64,000 nucleotides of DNA from Candidatus Hydrogenedentota bacterium (lineage in GTDB: Bacteria > Hydrogenedentota > Hydrogenedentia > Hydrogenedentales > SLHB01): positions 1-64,000 of the forward strand of contig CAVUWV010000014.1 of NCBI GenBank assembly GCA_963745075.1. Reading direction: 5' to 3'. Position 1 is the first letter of the stretch. Each line of letters begins with the position of its first letter. The notes beneath the pieces were generated by a model that did not search any database, was not told the origin of the DNA, and saw only the letters and a program-made list of their open reading frames with translations. Shown here in pieces: positions 20,474-32,381 of the stretch. Both the position numbers and the translations under genes were made by a program.

Positions 20474-21343
20474 CTATTTCCAATCCGGATTCATGTCGGA
20501 GCCTTCACGGGTGAGCTGGACCGGATATCCGCCGCTGGTTCGCACCACATAGAGTTCCCACGGCCCGCGCTCGGAAATGCCTTGGCAATAGACGATGTAC
20601 TCGCCGGAAGGATTCACCCGGCCGTAGCGCTGGACGCCCGCCTGAAAGGTCACCATGCGGTTCTTGCTGCCGTCGCAATGAACCGTACAGATATTGGTTT
20701 CCGTCTCGTACACGAGGGTTTCGCCATCCGGCAGGAAGCAGGGTTCACAGGCGCCTTTTTTGTCGTAGACTTTCTCCGGCGTGCCGCCCGCAGTGGGCAC
20801 CAGGTAAATTCCATTGCCCGCGTCCCAACGTGCCGCGAAGGCAATGGTCTTGCCGTCCGGACTCCACGCCGGACCGGAACAGGTGGGCCAATCGGACGGG
20901 CTAAGTGGACGCTCTTCGTCCGACTTCAGATCCCGGACCAGAATGGCATTGTCGCGGCGAAGGGCAATCGCTTTTCCGTCGGGAGACCATGAAGCCTGAT
21001 CGCCGTCGCAGATGCGGGACATGTTGCCGCCGTCAGCGGGAATCATCCAGACACCGGTTGCGCCGTCGCGTGTGGAACTGAAGAGGATCGTATTCCCATC
21101 CGGGCTGAACGCGGGGTCCACGTCGTGTACATCTTCGTCACCCTGCGTGATCTGCCGCAAATTCTCGCCATTGGCATCGATGGCCCATATGCGCCAGTGT
21201 CCCGTGCGGTCGCTGGAAAAGACGATCGTACCGTCAAGGTCCGATAGAACCGGTGGGGCCGTGCCCTGCGCCAAGGAAGCTGCGCAGAGAACGAACGCAG
21301 TGAGTCCGGCTAGAACGACGCGGGGTAAGGTGCGATCGTACAT
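20474..21343 (-). CDS. TolB-like beta-propeller (PD40 repeat) exported protein
   Basis: ATG at 21343 with RBS GAGGAG, signal peptide, IVFSSDRTG, PAFSPDG, SWSPDG, PAWSPDG, terminal NPDW. Confidence 0.88.
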   Translation of the reverse strand: MYDRTLPRVVLAGLTAFVLCAASLAQGTAPPVLSDLDGTIVFSSDRTGHWRIWAIDANGENLRQITQGDEDVHDVDPAFSPDGNTILFSSTRDGATGVWMIPADGGNMSRICDGDQASWSPDGKAIALRRDNAILVRDLKSDEERPLSPSDWPTCSGPAWSPDGKTIAFAARWDAGNGIYLVPTAGGTPEKVYDKKGACEPCFLPDGETLVYETETNICTVHCDGSKNRMVTFQAGVQRYGRVNPSGEYIVYCQGISERGPWELYVVRTSGGYPVQLTREGSDMNPDWK

Positions 21344-21640
21344 TCCGTTCGAATCTCCTCTCCACATCAACACATCCGCAATGACCCGGCGTGGTATCCC
21401 CCGAATACCTGGGGAAGCACGGCGTTCACGAAATACTGCGGAAGGGAACCACAGGCCGGTGCGATTCAATCAGGAGACGCTCCAGCGAGAGGGTCGCGCG
21501 GGCGGTTATGTGCGTGTCCAGTTCGGTAACGACTCCGGGAAACCAGCGATGGCCGGTTTCTTGGTTAACGAAGGGCTAGGGTACACCAAACCTGCATGCG
21601 ATATGCAACCTCGCGTCGAAGCGCCGCAGGCCATTCCCCA

Positions 21641-24385
21641 CTATCTCGTTGCCACAAAATGGTATTTTCCGCTTGGCACCTCGATATCTACCAAGCCGTC
21701 CGCTTCGTGAGTCAAGTGAATTAGTGCGTTGGACTTCAGGGCCGCACCGCTTTCCGTAATGTCGCTCGAACCAGCCGCAGGAATTCGGACCAGCGCGGAG
21801 GTATTGGCCGGGATCTCTACATCCAAGGTGAAAGTCTTGTCGTCTATTCTCCAATTGCTGGCGACGGGGCCGCGGACGGTGTCGTACCAGGTATTGGCCC
21901 ACGTGAGATCGCCGACCGGACGGGGATCGATGATGACGTGACGGAAGCCCGGCTGTTGGGATCGGGCTTGATGCCGCCGAGGGCGCGGGGGAACCATTCG
22001 CCCGCGGCAAGCAAGGTGCTATGAATCTGCGAGTGCTCGCCGTCCCAACGCTCCCACATGGTGGTTGCGCCCTGTTCGTACATATAGCCCCACCCCGGAT
22101 ACGTTTCTTCGTCGATCATGCGGAAGGCCAGATCGTCCCGGCGGAAATCGGTCAGGCACCGAAGCAAGAACATGGAGCCGTGCATGCCCGCGTCGATATG
22201 GTCCGCATTCGTTTCGGTGATCGTTCGCGCGAGGTTGTCGAGCACGGCGGGTTGCAGGGATTTCGGTGTCACGCCGGACAGGAGGGCGAACGCCAAATAG
22301 GCTTGACCGCCGTCCACGTAGGAATTGGTATCGGGTTTGAAGTAGGTCTTGTGCGTGACCTCGCGAATGGTTTCGGCCTTCTGCGCGTAATGCGCGGCGT
22401 CGTCCTTTTCGCCCAACACGGCGGCGATCTTGCTGAGGTGATCGTTTGCATAGGCGCAGTAGCAGTTGTTGAAAAACGTCCGCCACTCCTCCGGCGACCA
22501 CGGGCGTCCGTTATCCTGGTCGTATCCCGGCGCAACCCAGTCGCCAAGGAAGCCGTATCGCTCGTCGCCGTACGGTTGCAGCAGATTGTTCTCCGATTTC
22601 GAATCGAGAAACGCAATGTAGCGCTTCATCATGTCGTAGTTGTCGCGAAGCACACGCGTGTCGCCATAGTGCAGGTACAGGTCCCATGGCAGCAGGATGC
22701 AGAATCCGCCCCAGGTCGGCCCGCCGCCGGCGCCGTGCGGGCTCGGTGCGATATTTGGGAGGTGGCCGGTCTCTGGGTCCTGTACGTCACGCCAATTGCC
22801 GAGCCATTTTGTGTACAGGTCTCCGAGATCACCCGCGTAGAGGGCGGTCTTCGACGTGATCTGACCGTCGCCGCCATAGCCCAAGCGCTCACGGTGCGGA
22901 CAATCGACCGTATCGCCGCCCGCGCATATGCAGCGATAGGTGTACATCGTGGTGTCGTAGATCCAATTGAGAAGCGGGTTGGAACATTTGAACGTTCCAC
23001 GGATTTCGTAGTCGGTTTGCACAAAGAGAGCGCGCGCGTCTTCGGGCACAGGCGGCCGCCGGAGCCCTTTGACGAGGGCGTACCGGAAGGCGTGATAGTT
23101 GAAGTGATTGCGGAAAGTCTCCATGTTGCCGGTCTGGGGAATGTACTCGTCCAGCGTGTGGTAGTCGATCCATTTGCCGGGCTCGTCGTCCGGCCGTTCG
23201 ACGTAACGGATGGAGATGGGTTGACCGGGGTCGCCTTGTACGTCCAGTTCCAACATCGCAGTGACGTTGCGCCCGAAGTCAAAGAGATACTCGTCCGGAG
23301 CGGTCGGCTCGACGGATACGGCCGTGATGCGCTCCCGCACGCGGTTGGGCTCCATCATGGGCGCGCAGAGAACCGGTGTGGGCGGTTCCGCAATCGGCGC
23401 CGGATTCCACATCGCGTCGTCAAACCCGGGCCGATCCCATCCCGGCAGTTTCCGGGCGGGATCATAGCGTTCGCCTTTTAGATTGCCCTTGGTGGTATCG
23501 CCCAATGCCGCTACCGGGCCCGCATGCGTCTTCCAGGTGTCGTCGGTAGCCAAGGTGATGGTTTTGCCATTTTCCAGCGTCACCTCCAGTTGCAGCTTGA
23601 CGAAGGGTCCGCCTGCAATGACGCCGGGGAAGGATTCGCAATACCATCCACGTCCGAGCCACGCGCCCGCACAATTTTCGCCTTGATGCACCGCGTCGGT
23701 GACGTCGTAGGTCGTGTAGTAGGCGCGTTTATTGAAATCGCTTACCGGCGGACTGCATACGTCGTCGCCGATGCGCCGGCCGTTCACGTGCAATTCTGCA
23801 TACCCCAGCGCGGCCACGTAGGCCGTCGCGCGAACGGGTTGGGCGTCGAGGGTGAAGTTCTTACGAAACAGGGGCTGAAAGGGCTCGCTCTGTTCGGCGG
23901 CCCCATCGACGCCCCCAATCCATTTCGCTTGCCAGTCACTCGGGGCCAGCATGCCCATGGACCAGTGCGCGATGCGACTCCACTCGGATGCCGCGTCGTC
24001 GCCGTCCCATACGCGGACCTTCCACCAGTAGGGGGTGCCCGTCTTTAAGGGGGTGCCCGCGTACGGGATGAGGGCCGTTTCGCTCGACGGCACCTTGCCC
24101 GAATCCCATATGTCGCCGGTGCCGGATTCGAGATTGGCCGGGGAACTCGCCACGAGAATCTGATACGCCGTCTGTTCCTGCGCGCGCTCGTCTGAACTTA
24201 CGAGCCAGGTGAGCCGGGGCTCGCGGACATCGATGCCCAGCGGGTTTTCGAGATATTCGCACCGCAGACGGGATACGGAGAGCTTGCAAGGGGGTATCGG
24301 CGGCGCCGGCCACCGGCGGCGTCAGGACCGTGATGCATGAGGCCAGGAGTGCGAAGGACAAGAGGTGAAATTCGTTTCCAAACAT
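21641..24385 (-). CDS. Glycoside hydrolase family 78 alpha-L-rhamnosidase-type protein (frameshifts at about 24270 and 21960)
   Basis: Signal peptide, WDSGKV…YWWKVRVWD, FDFGRN, DCPHRERLGYGGD, LGDW, YPGWGYM…GATTMWERW, C-terminal VEIPANTSA…VPSGKYHF. Confidence 0.88.
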
Positions 24386-24543
24386 GAGACGGTAACTCCC
24401 CCGGTTTCGATAAAGGAGCATTTTGGCAGAAACGCCATCGGTAGGCAAAGTGAGGTCCCGGGTAAGCGCGCGAATCTGACTTCGCTTGAACACATGTATA
24501 TGGCAAGATTGAACGAAACGTCCTTTCCCAGCGTCGAACATGC

Positions 24544-24765
24544 CTATTGCTTGGACGAGGTGCCGCCCGGAGCGGCATAGTTTAACGTGCCGCTTTCCTT
24601 GGCTTTTTCCAGGTTTTCCTGGTACTGGCGGTCAAAGTCCGACTGGCTTTTCGAACTCCCCCAAAGGAATAGACCCGGCATGAGCACGAAAAGGCCCAAC
24701 AGCGCGAGGGACAGGATGACGAGAATAAGGACTTTTGGTGAAAACCGGCTCGTGATCGCATTCAT
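24544..24765 (-). CDS. Small single-TM protein (73 aa), paralog of 45526-45738
   Basis: Hydrophobic helix followed by SDFDRQYQENLEKAK. Confidence 0.65.
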   Translation of the reverse strand: MNAITSRFSPKVLILVILSLALLGLFVLMPGLFLWGSSKSQSDFDRQYQENLEKAKESGTLNYAAPGGTSSKQ

Positions 24766-24991
24766 ACCCCTGAAACTCCCAAATCGGTTCCCGGTCCCAT
24801 CGTCTAGCCTGCCCGTTTAGGCCGACTTTTGTCAATGGTTTCCTCGATTCTGCGGCCCGTTTGGCGTATGATGTATGCGCGCGTGAAGGGTGGTTCTTGG
24901 TACGCCGATTTGGTCGTATGCCGCTACCGCGGAAGACGATGCGCAATGAATCGGCGAATGGTCGGGTGCTCGATCTGTCAGGGAGGAGCGC

Positions 24992-27900
24992 GTGGACCAA
25001 GAGCGGGACTTGCTTTTCGGAATCTTATCCGTCCAGCTTAGACGCGTTGATCCGCAACAACTGGCGTTGGTGAGTGCCGACTGGGCGGGCGAGCCGGAAC
25101 GTCCGCTCGCGGAGCGCCTGGTGAAGTCCGGCCTGTTGAGTGGTGCGGACTGCCGGTTCATCGACGATATGCTTGATGAAGCCATCGAAGCGGATGGCGG
25201 AAACCTCACTAAAACCCTGGAACGGTTTGGGGGAGACGCGCAGGTCCACGATTCGTTCCTGGGCACGATTGCGCGCACTTCGACCGGTGCGATTTTGCAC
25301 TCCACGATACCCAACTTGCCGCTGGGCGCGGTGCGCATGCCAGAAGGCGCAACGGGTGTCCGCGAAGCGTGGGGACGCTATTCGAAAATAGGAGAATACG
25401 CTCGCGGCGGCATGGGGCGTGTGCTCGTGGTGCACGACGAGCACCTGGGCCGCGACATCGCCCTGAAAGAGTTGCTTCCTGTCGGCGGATCGCCGGTAAA
25501 CCGGAACACGCCCGCCAGTCAGGCGGCTCCCCTCATGGCACGGTTTCTTCACGAAGCGCGAATCACCGGTCAACTCGAACACCCTTCCATCGTGCCCGTG
25601 TACGAACTCGGGCACCGCGCCGACGGCAGCCTTTACTACACGATGCGGCTGGTTCACGGCAAGACTTTGCTGGAAGCAATCACGAAGGCAAAGTCATTGG
25701 AAGAGCGTCTGAAACTGCTTCCCCATTTTGTCGACCTTTGCAATGCGATTGCTTACGCGCACAGTCGACATGTCATTCATCGGGACATCAAGCCGGAAAA
25801 CGTGATGGTTGGCGAATTTGGCGAAACGGTGGTACTGGACTGGGGTCTAGCAAAATCCCGGGCCGCGGGGAACTTCATGGTGGAGCGGGTGAGAGCGACG
25901 CGGCGGATGAAGTTGACAGCGTACTGCTTGCGAAGACTTCTGCCGGCCAAGCCCTCGGAACGCCCGTGTACATGCCGCCGGAGCAGGCCCTCGGTCAATT
26001 GGAAAAGGTGGACGAACGCAGCGACGTGTACGCGCTCGGAGCGGTCCTGTACGAACTGTTGTCCGGCCGGCCGCCGTTTTTGGGCAAAACGTCGAAGGAG
26101 GTCTTGAAGAAAGTTGTGCTGGGGACTCCCGACGACCTTGCCTCACTGGAGCCGCGAATACCGGGCGAACTGATCGCAATTTGCCGCAAGGCCATCGAAC
26201 GAACGCCGGAGGACCGGTATCAATCGGCCAAAGAGTTGGCCGACGAGGTGCAGCGATTTCAGGCAGGCGGATTCGTTCAGGCGCATACCTACCAATTATC
26301 CGATCTCGTGTGCTGGGTGGTTCGGCGATACAAGCCAGTCGTTTTCACCGCGTGCTTTGCGCTGGTGGCGCTTGCGGCGGTCGGCACGTATTCCTACGCC
26401 AACATCCGTACCGCCCGGATCCAAGAGCACGTCCAGCGCATCGAGTCGGAGAGCCGCCTTTACGAGGTGTCCATCAATCTCGCACAACGGCACGTCAACG
26501 ATGCGAAATTGGATGTTGCACGGCGCACGCTGTCGGAGTGTTCTCCATCACTTCGCAATTGGGAGTGGGGGCGGTTGCGCTATGTGTGCGACGCGACCTC
26601 GGTGGTGTTAACCGGCCACACGGCGAGGGTGCTGGACGCGGCCTTCAGTCCGGACGGTAGTCACGTGGTTACGCTCGGAGAAGACAACGCGGCTATTCTT
26701 TGGGACACGGCTCGGGGGGAGGAAGTGCTGCGGGTCGATCCGGGGCTGGTGACGTTTGGAAGAGTTGCATTCAGTCCGGATGGTGGTGAATTTGCGACGT
26801 GCGGGTCAGAAGGGCTCGTCAAGATTTGGAGCGCGGAAACGGGCGCCCTTTCGGAAACTCTGAAGTCTGAGCGGGGGGAGGCCCTCGCAGTCTCATACAC
26901 TCCGGACGGTAAACGGATTGTTGGGGGTTTGGGTGGGGGCGCGATTCAGGTCTGGAACCGGGAATCGATGAGGACAGAGCGACTGTGCGATACCGGCGGC
27001 GCTGCCGTGCAAAGCGTCGTCACGAACGCGGCCGGCACCATTGTCGCCGCGGGGTGCAGCAACGGGGCGATCCTCACCTTCAACGTCACGACGGGCGAGA
27101 CCGTGTCAGAAATCTTGGCGCATCCCATCAATCTCCACAAGGGGGTTCTCGGCGTCACCGACGTGGCGTTTCGGCCCAATCACGATCAGATCGCGTCATG
27201 CGGATGCGACGACACGGCGAAACTGTGGGACCTGAATACCGGGCAGTTGCTGCAAACATTTCACGGCCACGGCCAGAAAGTATGGACGGTTTCATTTACG
27301 CCTGACGGGCGCACCCTTGCCACGTCGAGTTCCGACGGCGAGGTAAAGACGTGGGACCCGGACAGCGGAGTGGAACGGACACGGGCAATCGGCCTGAACG
27401 AGGGAATCGTATGCGCGCGATATAGCTCGGATGGCCGCCATCTCGTGACCGCCGGGGACAATCCGGTAGTTCGTATCTGGAATGAGGCCGAACCCTTTGG
27501 GGCATTTCCTCTGCGCGGCCATACCGCCGACGTGAACGCGGCGGCATTCAGCCTTGACGACCGTATACTGGCGAGCGGCGCAGGGCACTGGTCCGCCGGA
27601 GGAGACTCGCGGGTAATCTTGTGGGATGTTGCAACGCATCGCATCCTCCGGGTGTTGGAGGGCCACTTTGGGATGGTCTATGCCGTCGCCTTCCACCCGA
27701 ACGGACGCTGGGTGACCTCCGCGGGTGGCGATCGGCGCGTCATCACCTGGGACATCGATACCGGAGATATCGTTCGTGAATTCTCCGCCGATTTGCATCA
27801 AAACGGTATTCGTTCTATCGCATACAGCCCCGACGGCTCGCGATTTCTAACGGGGGGATGGGACGGTGACAACGGGATTGCGTCAGTAGCCGTCATCTGG

Positions 27901-28422
27901 GATGCGGCATCGGGAACGGCCTTGCATACCCTCGTTCCGCATGGAAGCGTCCTCGATTCGGTGGCCTGGAGCCCGGACGGAGCCCTCGTGGCGACCGCGT
28001 GCCGCGACGGCGTCGCGCGGGTGTGGGATGCGGAAAGCGGATCCTTGGTGTGGGAATTGAAAGCGGACGTTGAGAGTGAACACTGGGCGTATAGCGTGGT
28101 TTTCGATCCTCGCGGAGGGCGGTTGGCCTCCGCGTATTCGTCGGGGGCGATTTTTATCTGGGATCTTTCTACGGGACGGCGTGTGCAACAATTAACGGGA
28201 CATTCGATTCGAGTCAACAATCTGACGTATTCGCCCGACGGTTCGCGCTTGGCGTCCTGCGACAACTCAGGTGTGAACGTTTGGAACCCAGACAGCGGCG
28301 CCTTACTCCTAAGCCTCCCAAACGGCTCCAACGAGGTAGCCTTCAGTCACGACGCGCTCACCCTCGCGACCGCCGGCATAAACGGCGACGTCATCCTGTG
28401 GCCGGCGCTGCCGTGGCAGTAG
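24992..28422 (+). CDS. Hanks-type Ser/Thr protein kinase with C-terminal WD40 repeats (frameshift at about 25880)
   Basis: ARGGMGRV, IALKE, HRDIKPEN, DWGLAK, GTPVYMPPEQ, SDVYALG, then a hydrophobic segment and many GH…FSPDG…WD repeats. Confidence 0.92.
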
Positions 28423-29845
28423 TTACGGCGTTGCAGTAATTGCCGCGACCCAGCCCCCGGAGTCCGATGCTCCGATGAGAATAGGCTGACCCCCTTGGAG
28501 GGTTGCACGCGGGCCCCAGTCGCCGGTTTGGATGTTCACCCAACGGGCGTCGAAATTCGCATCGTATTCGCTGAGGTCCAGCGTAACCTTGCCGCCGTCG
28601 GTGAAGTAGAGGATGTAGGCCTTGCCTGGTCTTGCGGCGAGATAGGCCTCGTCCTCTTCGCGGTCGGAGAGGAGTTCCATGTGCGGCTCCACGTCCCAGA
28701 ATTTGGCGACGCTCTCCACCTTGCGGGCGGACGCGATGCAGGCTTTGGCAATGTCGTTCAGTCCGATGCCCCCGCCGGGACGGTGAAACCGGCATGACGC
28801 CGCGCCCGCGATGAGATTGCGCCAGAACCGTTCCTTTCCGTCCGTCGGGGTGCCGGAACCCCAAGACAATTCCGCCGTCGGAGTAGATCTTGGTGTTATT
28901 CAACGGCCGCGGCGAATCGGCGAGTTGCTGAACGACCCAGTAGGTCCGGTTCCAATGCTCTTCGTTGAATGAGCGGCTGTTGACCTGGGAGATGTCGATG
29001 AAGGTGTACGCTTTCGGGTCGTCGATGGCTTGCCGAATTTTCGCGGAACGCTGCGGTTCCCAGCCGTCGTCGAACATGTCTGTGACGTATGCCGTTACTC
29101 CCTGTGCGGCGGCCGCGTCCTGAATGCGTTTCATCCAATACCGGCCCCACGCGGGCGGCGTCGAGGTTTCATTGTCCATGCAATACAGGACGTTGCCGTA
29201 CTGGAGGCTGTAGGATAACATCTTGTCGACGATGCGCTCCTGATAGCCGCGCACGAGGTCGAGCTGCTTGGCATACAGCGGCATGCCGGGAATGGTGTGA
29301 AAGAACGGCTGTTTGTCGCGCCAGGCGGGTTGCGGATATTGGTTTGTCAATCCCGACTGTTCAACGGAGTAGTTGGCGTTGTTCGCAGGCCGCCACGGGC
29401 TGGCTTCCCAATGTTGCTGCGAATAGTCGAAGCGATCCCATACCTCAATCTGCACGACGATGTCGCGTTCCGCGCAGAGACGCAGGCAGTTCTCGAATCG
29501 CTGCCAGTATGCGTCGTTCCATCGATCGAGATCGTACTTCCCATCGGGCGATCGCTCGAAGGGATAAACCTCGAATCCCGCGTCCTGCCGGGCACTCATC
29601 GTATTGCGAATGACGTTGCCGCCGGCCGCTTTCAACTCGTCGAGCTGCGCTTCCAGGTCGGGAATCTGAAAGAGATTGTCGTCCTTGCTGCCGCCGAGCA
29701 GAAGTACCGGCTCACCCTTGTACTGCCAATACCGGGGATTCTCGGCGTATGGGCGGATATAGTCCGCCGGGTCGACGGCACCGGCCGCAAACGGCAGGAA
29801 TAGCAACAGCACGGCCACGACTCGTTGCATGGTACTATGCCTCAC
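28423..29845 (-). CDS. Exported TIM-barrel glycoside-hydrolase-like protein with C-terminal beta domain (frameshift at about 28870)
   Basis: Signal peptide, NPRYWQYKGEPVLLLGG, VQIEVWD, VLYCMDNE (clan A-like NE), RPLNNTKIY; continues as ERFWRNLIAGAASCRFHRP in ORF 28423-28869. Confidence 0.65.
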
Positions 29846-32091
29846 TTTTCAAAACTCAGTTTCGGACGCGGGGGGCCGGCATAGGGTTTGGCGCCGACGT
29901 GGAGGCCGCGTTGCGGGACCGAGATTAGATCTTTGTCCTTCGTTTGCGGGGGGGTGATCATACCGTAATAGCGGCCCATCCAGTAGGCATCCAGCCAGCC
30001 GCCGGGGTCGGCGATGACGGTCCCGCTGCCGCCATCGAGCTGCATGAAGTCGCCGTCCCACCGGTTGGGCTCGGTCTCGCGCGGACTGAGCGGTTTCGGT
30101 CGTTCCGAGTACATGCGATAGCCTTTCGGCGTATACAAGTCGTCACGGTGGGAATTCGTGAAACGGTACCGGTTCAGATCAAGCGGCCAGTCGCGCAGAT
30201 GATCCACCGCGCGATCGAGTTCGCAATCGTTCCCCGTCAACGCGCCGTAAATGAAATTGAACCACGGCACCGCTTCGATCCGCTTGATTTCCCAACTCCG
30301 TTCGAGGCTGCGCAACCACAGCGTTTCGAGGCCGGGGTCTTGTTCGTATTGAACCAGGGGATAGTAGGAATAGAAGGCGAGCCGGTCGTCGAAATGCGTG
30401 AAGAAGCCGGGGTGGAAAGTGAGTTTCTGGCGCAGGATATCGGCCTGGTAGTTCCACGCAAGGAGTTGGTCCTTGGCGGCAACGAATTTCGGGTCGCCGG
30501 TGAAGTGATAGGCGGTCGTCACGTAGTTAAACGCTTCCATGCCGTTCAACCCGCGCGCGTAGTAACCGTAAGGCGTCTGGAGATAGGCCGGGTCCCACCG
30601 GCCCCAACGTGTCGGCAGCCCGTCCAGGTCGCGCAGGACAAATCCGTTGTCCACGATATGCCCTACAACGCGGTGCAGATGTTCCGTGGCCCATTGGCGT
30701 TCGGCATCGTTCGCGACGCAGTTCAGGAAGACCGTTGTCTCGTAGACGTGGGCGTCCGTCTCATCGCTCGACGTATCGCCTTTCCACTCCCAGAGACCGT
30801 CCGGCGTGGGATGCCACTCCGCGGGTAGTCCGCCGGACCCGTGCATCGCCTTCAACGTGGGTTCGCCGACGTTGTAGATAGAGCGGGCTGGGAAACCCTT
30901 CATGGGCGTGATTTCTTCGCTCCAGCACATCGACTTCATCATGTCGACCGCTTGGTCGCGGGCCTTCTTGTTGCCCGTGACTGCGTATTCAAAACACTTC
31001 GCGCTGGCGTAATGGCTGCTGTAGCCCACGTCGTTGTCGCTGACCTCGCGCTCCCATTCGCCGTTGATAAGGAACAAGGAATGAACGAAACCGAGACGTT
31101 TCATGCCCCATTCGTCGAGCCAGCGCTCGTAGTAGGCCGCTTTCTTGGCGAGGGTGAAGGGTTCGTAGGTGATGATGCCGAGTCCGCCATCTGTGGCGAT
31201 GTAGACCACGTTGTCGCCGCAGGCAATGGCGTTGACCTTGTCGTTCGGGATCCAGCGTGTATACCCGAAGTATTGGTATTCGTCGTTTACATTGCGGATG
31301 GCGCCGCGCATCGTGCCGATCCAAAGATCGCGGTCAAATCCCTGGGCGAGACAGGTTGTGTCTTCGTAGCAAAGCCCGTCTTCGCCCTGGATCTCGTACC
31401 ATGTCATGCCGCGGAGCAAATTGATGCCTTCGTCGGTCGCGCAATACAAGCGGCTGCCGTAGGCCATCATGTCGCGCACCGTGCAGCCCCGTTCGAGCAC
31501 GCCCCAGTCCGCGATGTAGTCGTAGGTGATCGCGTCGTCCTGTACCAGCCCGACGCGTTTCCCATCATGGACGTAGATCGTCCCGCCGTAGGAAGCGATG
31601 CCGAGCAGGGGAGTGGATTTGCCGTCGGTGATCGCGGTTACTTGGTTGCCGTCAATCGAAAACAATGTCGAGCCCGAAGCGAATACGACGGCACTGTTGT
31701 GCGCGCACAGATCCGCGACCGGTTTGTCGGTGACGTGCGACCATGTCGTTCCGTCGAAGGACCACAAACCGTCCGCGGCAATCGCCCACAGCGCGTCGTT
31801 GAGGACTTTTAGTCGAGCGACATTCCCCGCCGGACCACCGTCGAGGCGGGTGAGCTTCTCGTCCGTAACTGTTGAAATGCCGTTCGCATCGCCCACGTAT
31901 GCGTGCCCGTCAAACACCACGACCGCATTCAGAGGATGATCCGTCTCAATGTGGCTTCCAACTTCTTGCAGGTAGACCTCGTCTACGATGGGCTGCCATA
32001 AGGGATCTTGCGGGATCGCGAATTCCGCCTGAACGGGGGGTTCCTGTAGCGCTATTCCCACCAGCAGGGCAATGTAGAACAATCGCGGCAT
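29842..32091 (-). CDS. Exported hypothetical protein: N-terminal beta-propeller repeats plus helical (alpha/alpha barrel-like) C-terminal domain
   Basis: 749-aa ORF with signal peptide; propeller blades LWAIAADGLW, LYCATDEGI, LWIGTMRG, VYIATDGGL; acidic motifs SDND and WKGDTSSDE; overlaps the next gene's start. Confidence 0.75.
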   Translation of the reverse strand: MPRLFYIALLVGIALQEPPVQAEFAIPQDPLWQPIVDEVYLQEVGSHIETDHPLNAVVVFDGHAYVGDANGISTVTDEKLTRLDGGPAGNVARLKVLNDALWAIAADGLWSFDGTTWSHVTDKPVADLCAHNSAVVFASGSTLFSIDGNQVTAITDGKSTPLLGIASYGGTIYVHDGKRVGLVQDDAITYDYIADWGVLERGCTVRDMMAYGSRLYCATDEGINLLRGMTWYEIQGEDGLCYEDTTCLAQGFDRDLWIGTMRGAIRNVNDEYQYFGYTRWIPNDKVNAIACGDNVVYIATDGGLGIITYEPFTLAKKAAYYERWLDEWGMKRLGFVHSLFLINGEWEREVSDNDVGYSSHYASAKCFEYAVTGNKKARDQAVDMMKSMCWSEEITPMKGFPARSIYNVGEPTLKAMHGSGGLPAEWHPTPDGLWEWKGDTSSDETDAHVYETTVFLNCVANDAERQWATEHLHRVVGHIVDNGFVLRDLDGLPTRWGRWDPAYLQTPYGYYARGLNGMEAFNYVTTAYHFTGDPKFVAAKDQLLAWNYQADILRQKLTFHPGFFTHFDDRLAFYSYYPLVQYEQDPGLETLWLRSLERSWEIKRIEAVPWFNFIYGALTGNDCELDRAVDHLRDWPLDLNRYRFTNSHRDDLYTPKGYRMYSERPKPLSPRETEPNRWDGDFMQLDGGSGTVIADPGGWLDAYWMGRYYGMITPPQTKDKDLISVPQRGLHVGAKPYAGPPRPKLSFEK

Positions 32092-32381
32092 CTCAGGTTT
32101 CTCCTTGATAGTTATTGGCGGTGCAACGCTAAAGGCGACGGCGCTTCGCGTTCTGGCATCGAACCCGGTCTACAGTCGCGTGGCGACTAGTCGCTCCTCA
32201 TATCGGGGCAAGAATAGCGGTTATGGAGAACCCGGACAAGGGAGACTTGATTCTGGCGACGCGTGCGAGGCCGTGAGCCGTACGCGGATACCCGTTGCGG
32301 CGATTGGACGGCCGGACGATCACACGAACTCGATGGCATTGAAAGTGGAAGCCGAGCCGGATCGCAAAGTCTCCCCCCACG

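Noticed and set aside
21344..21640. Riboswitch or ncRNA in the leader of the TolB-MBOAT cluster (also the 10550-11070 and 53420-53930 intergenic regions)
   Set aside because: Small hairpins exist but I recognise no conserved aptamer motif; an Rfam/Infernal scan is needed
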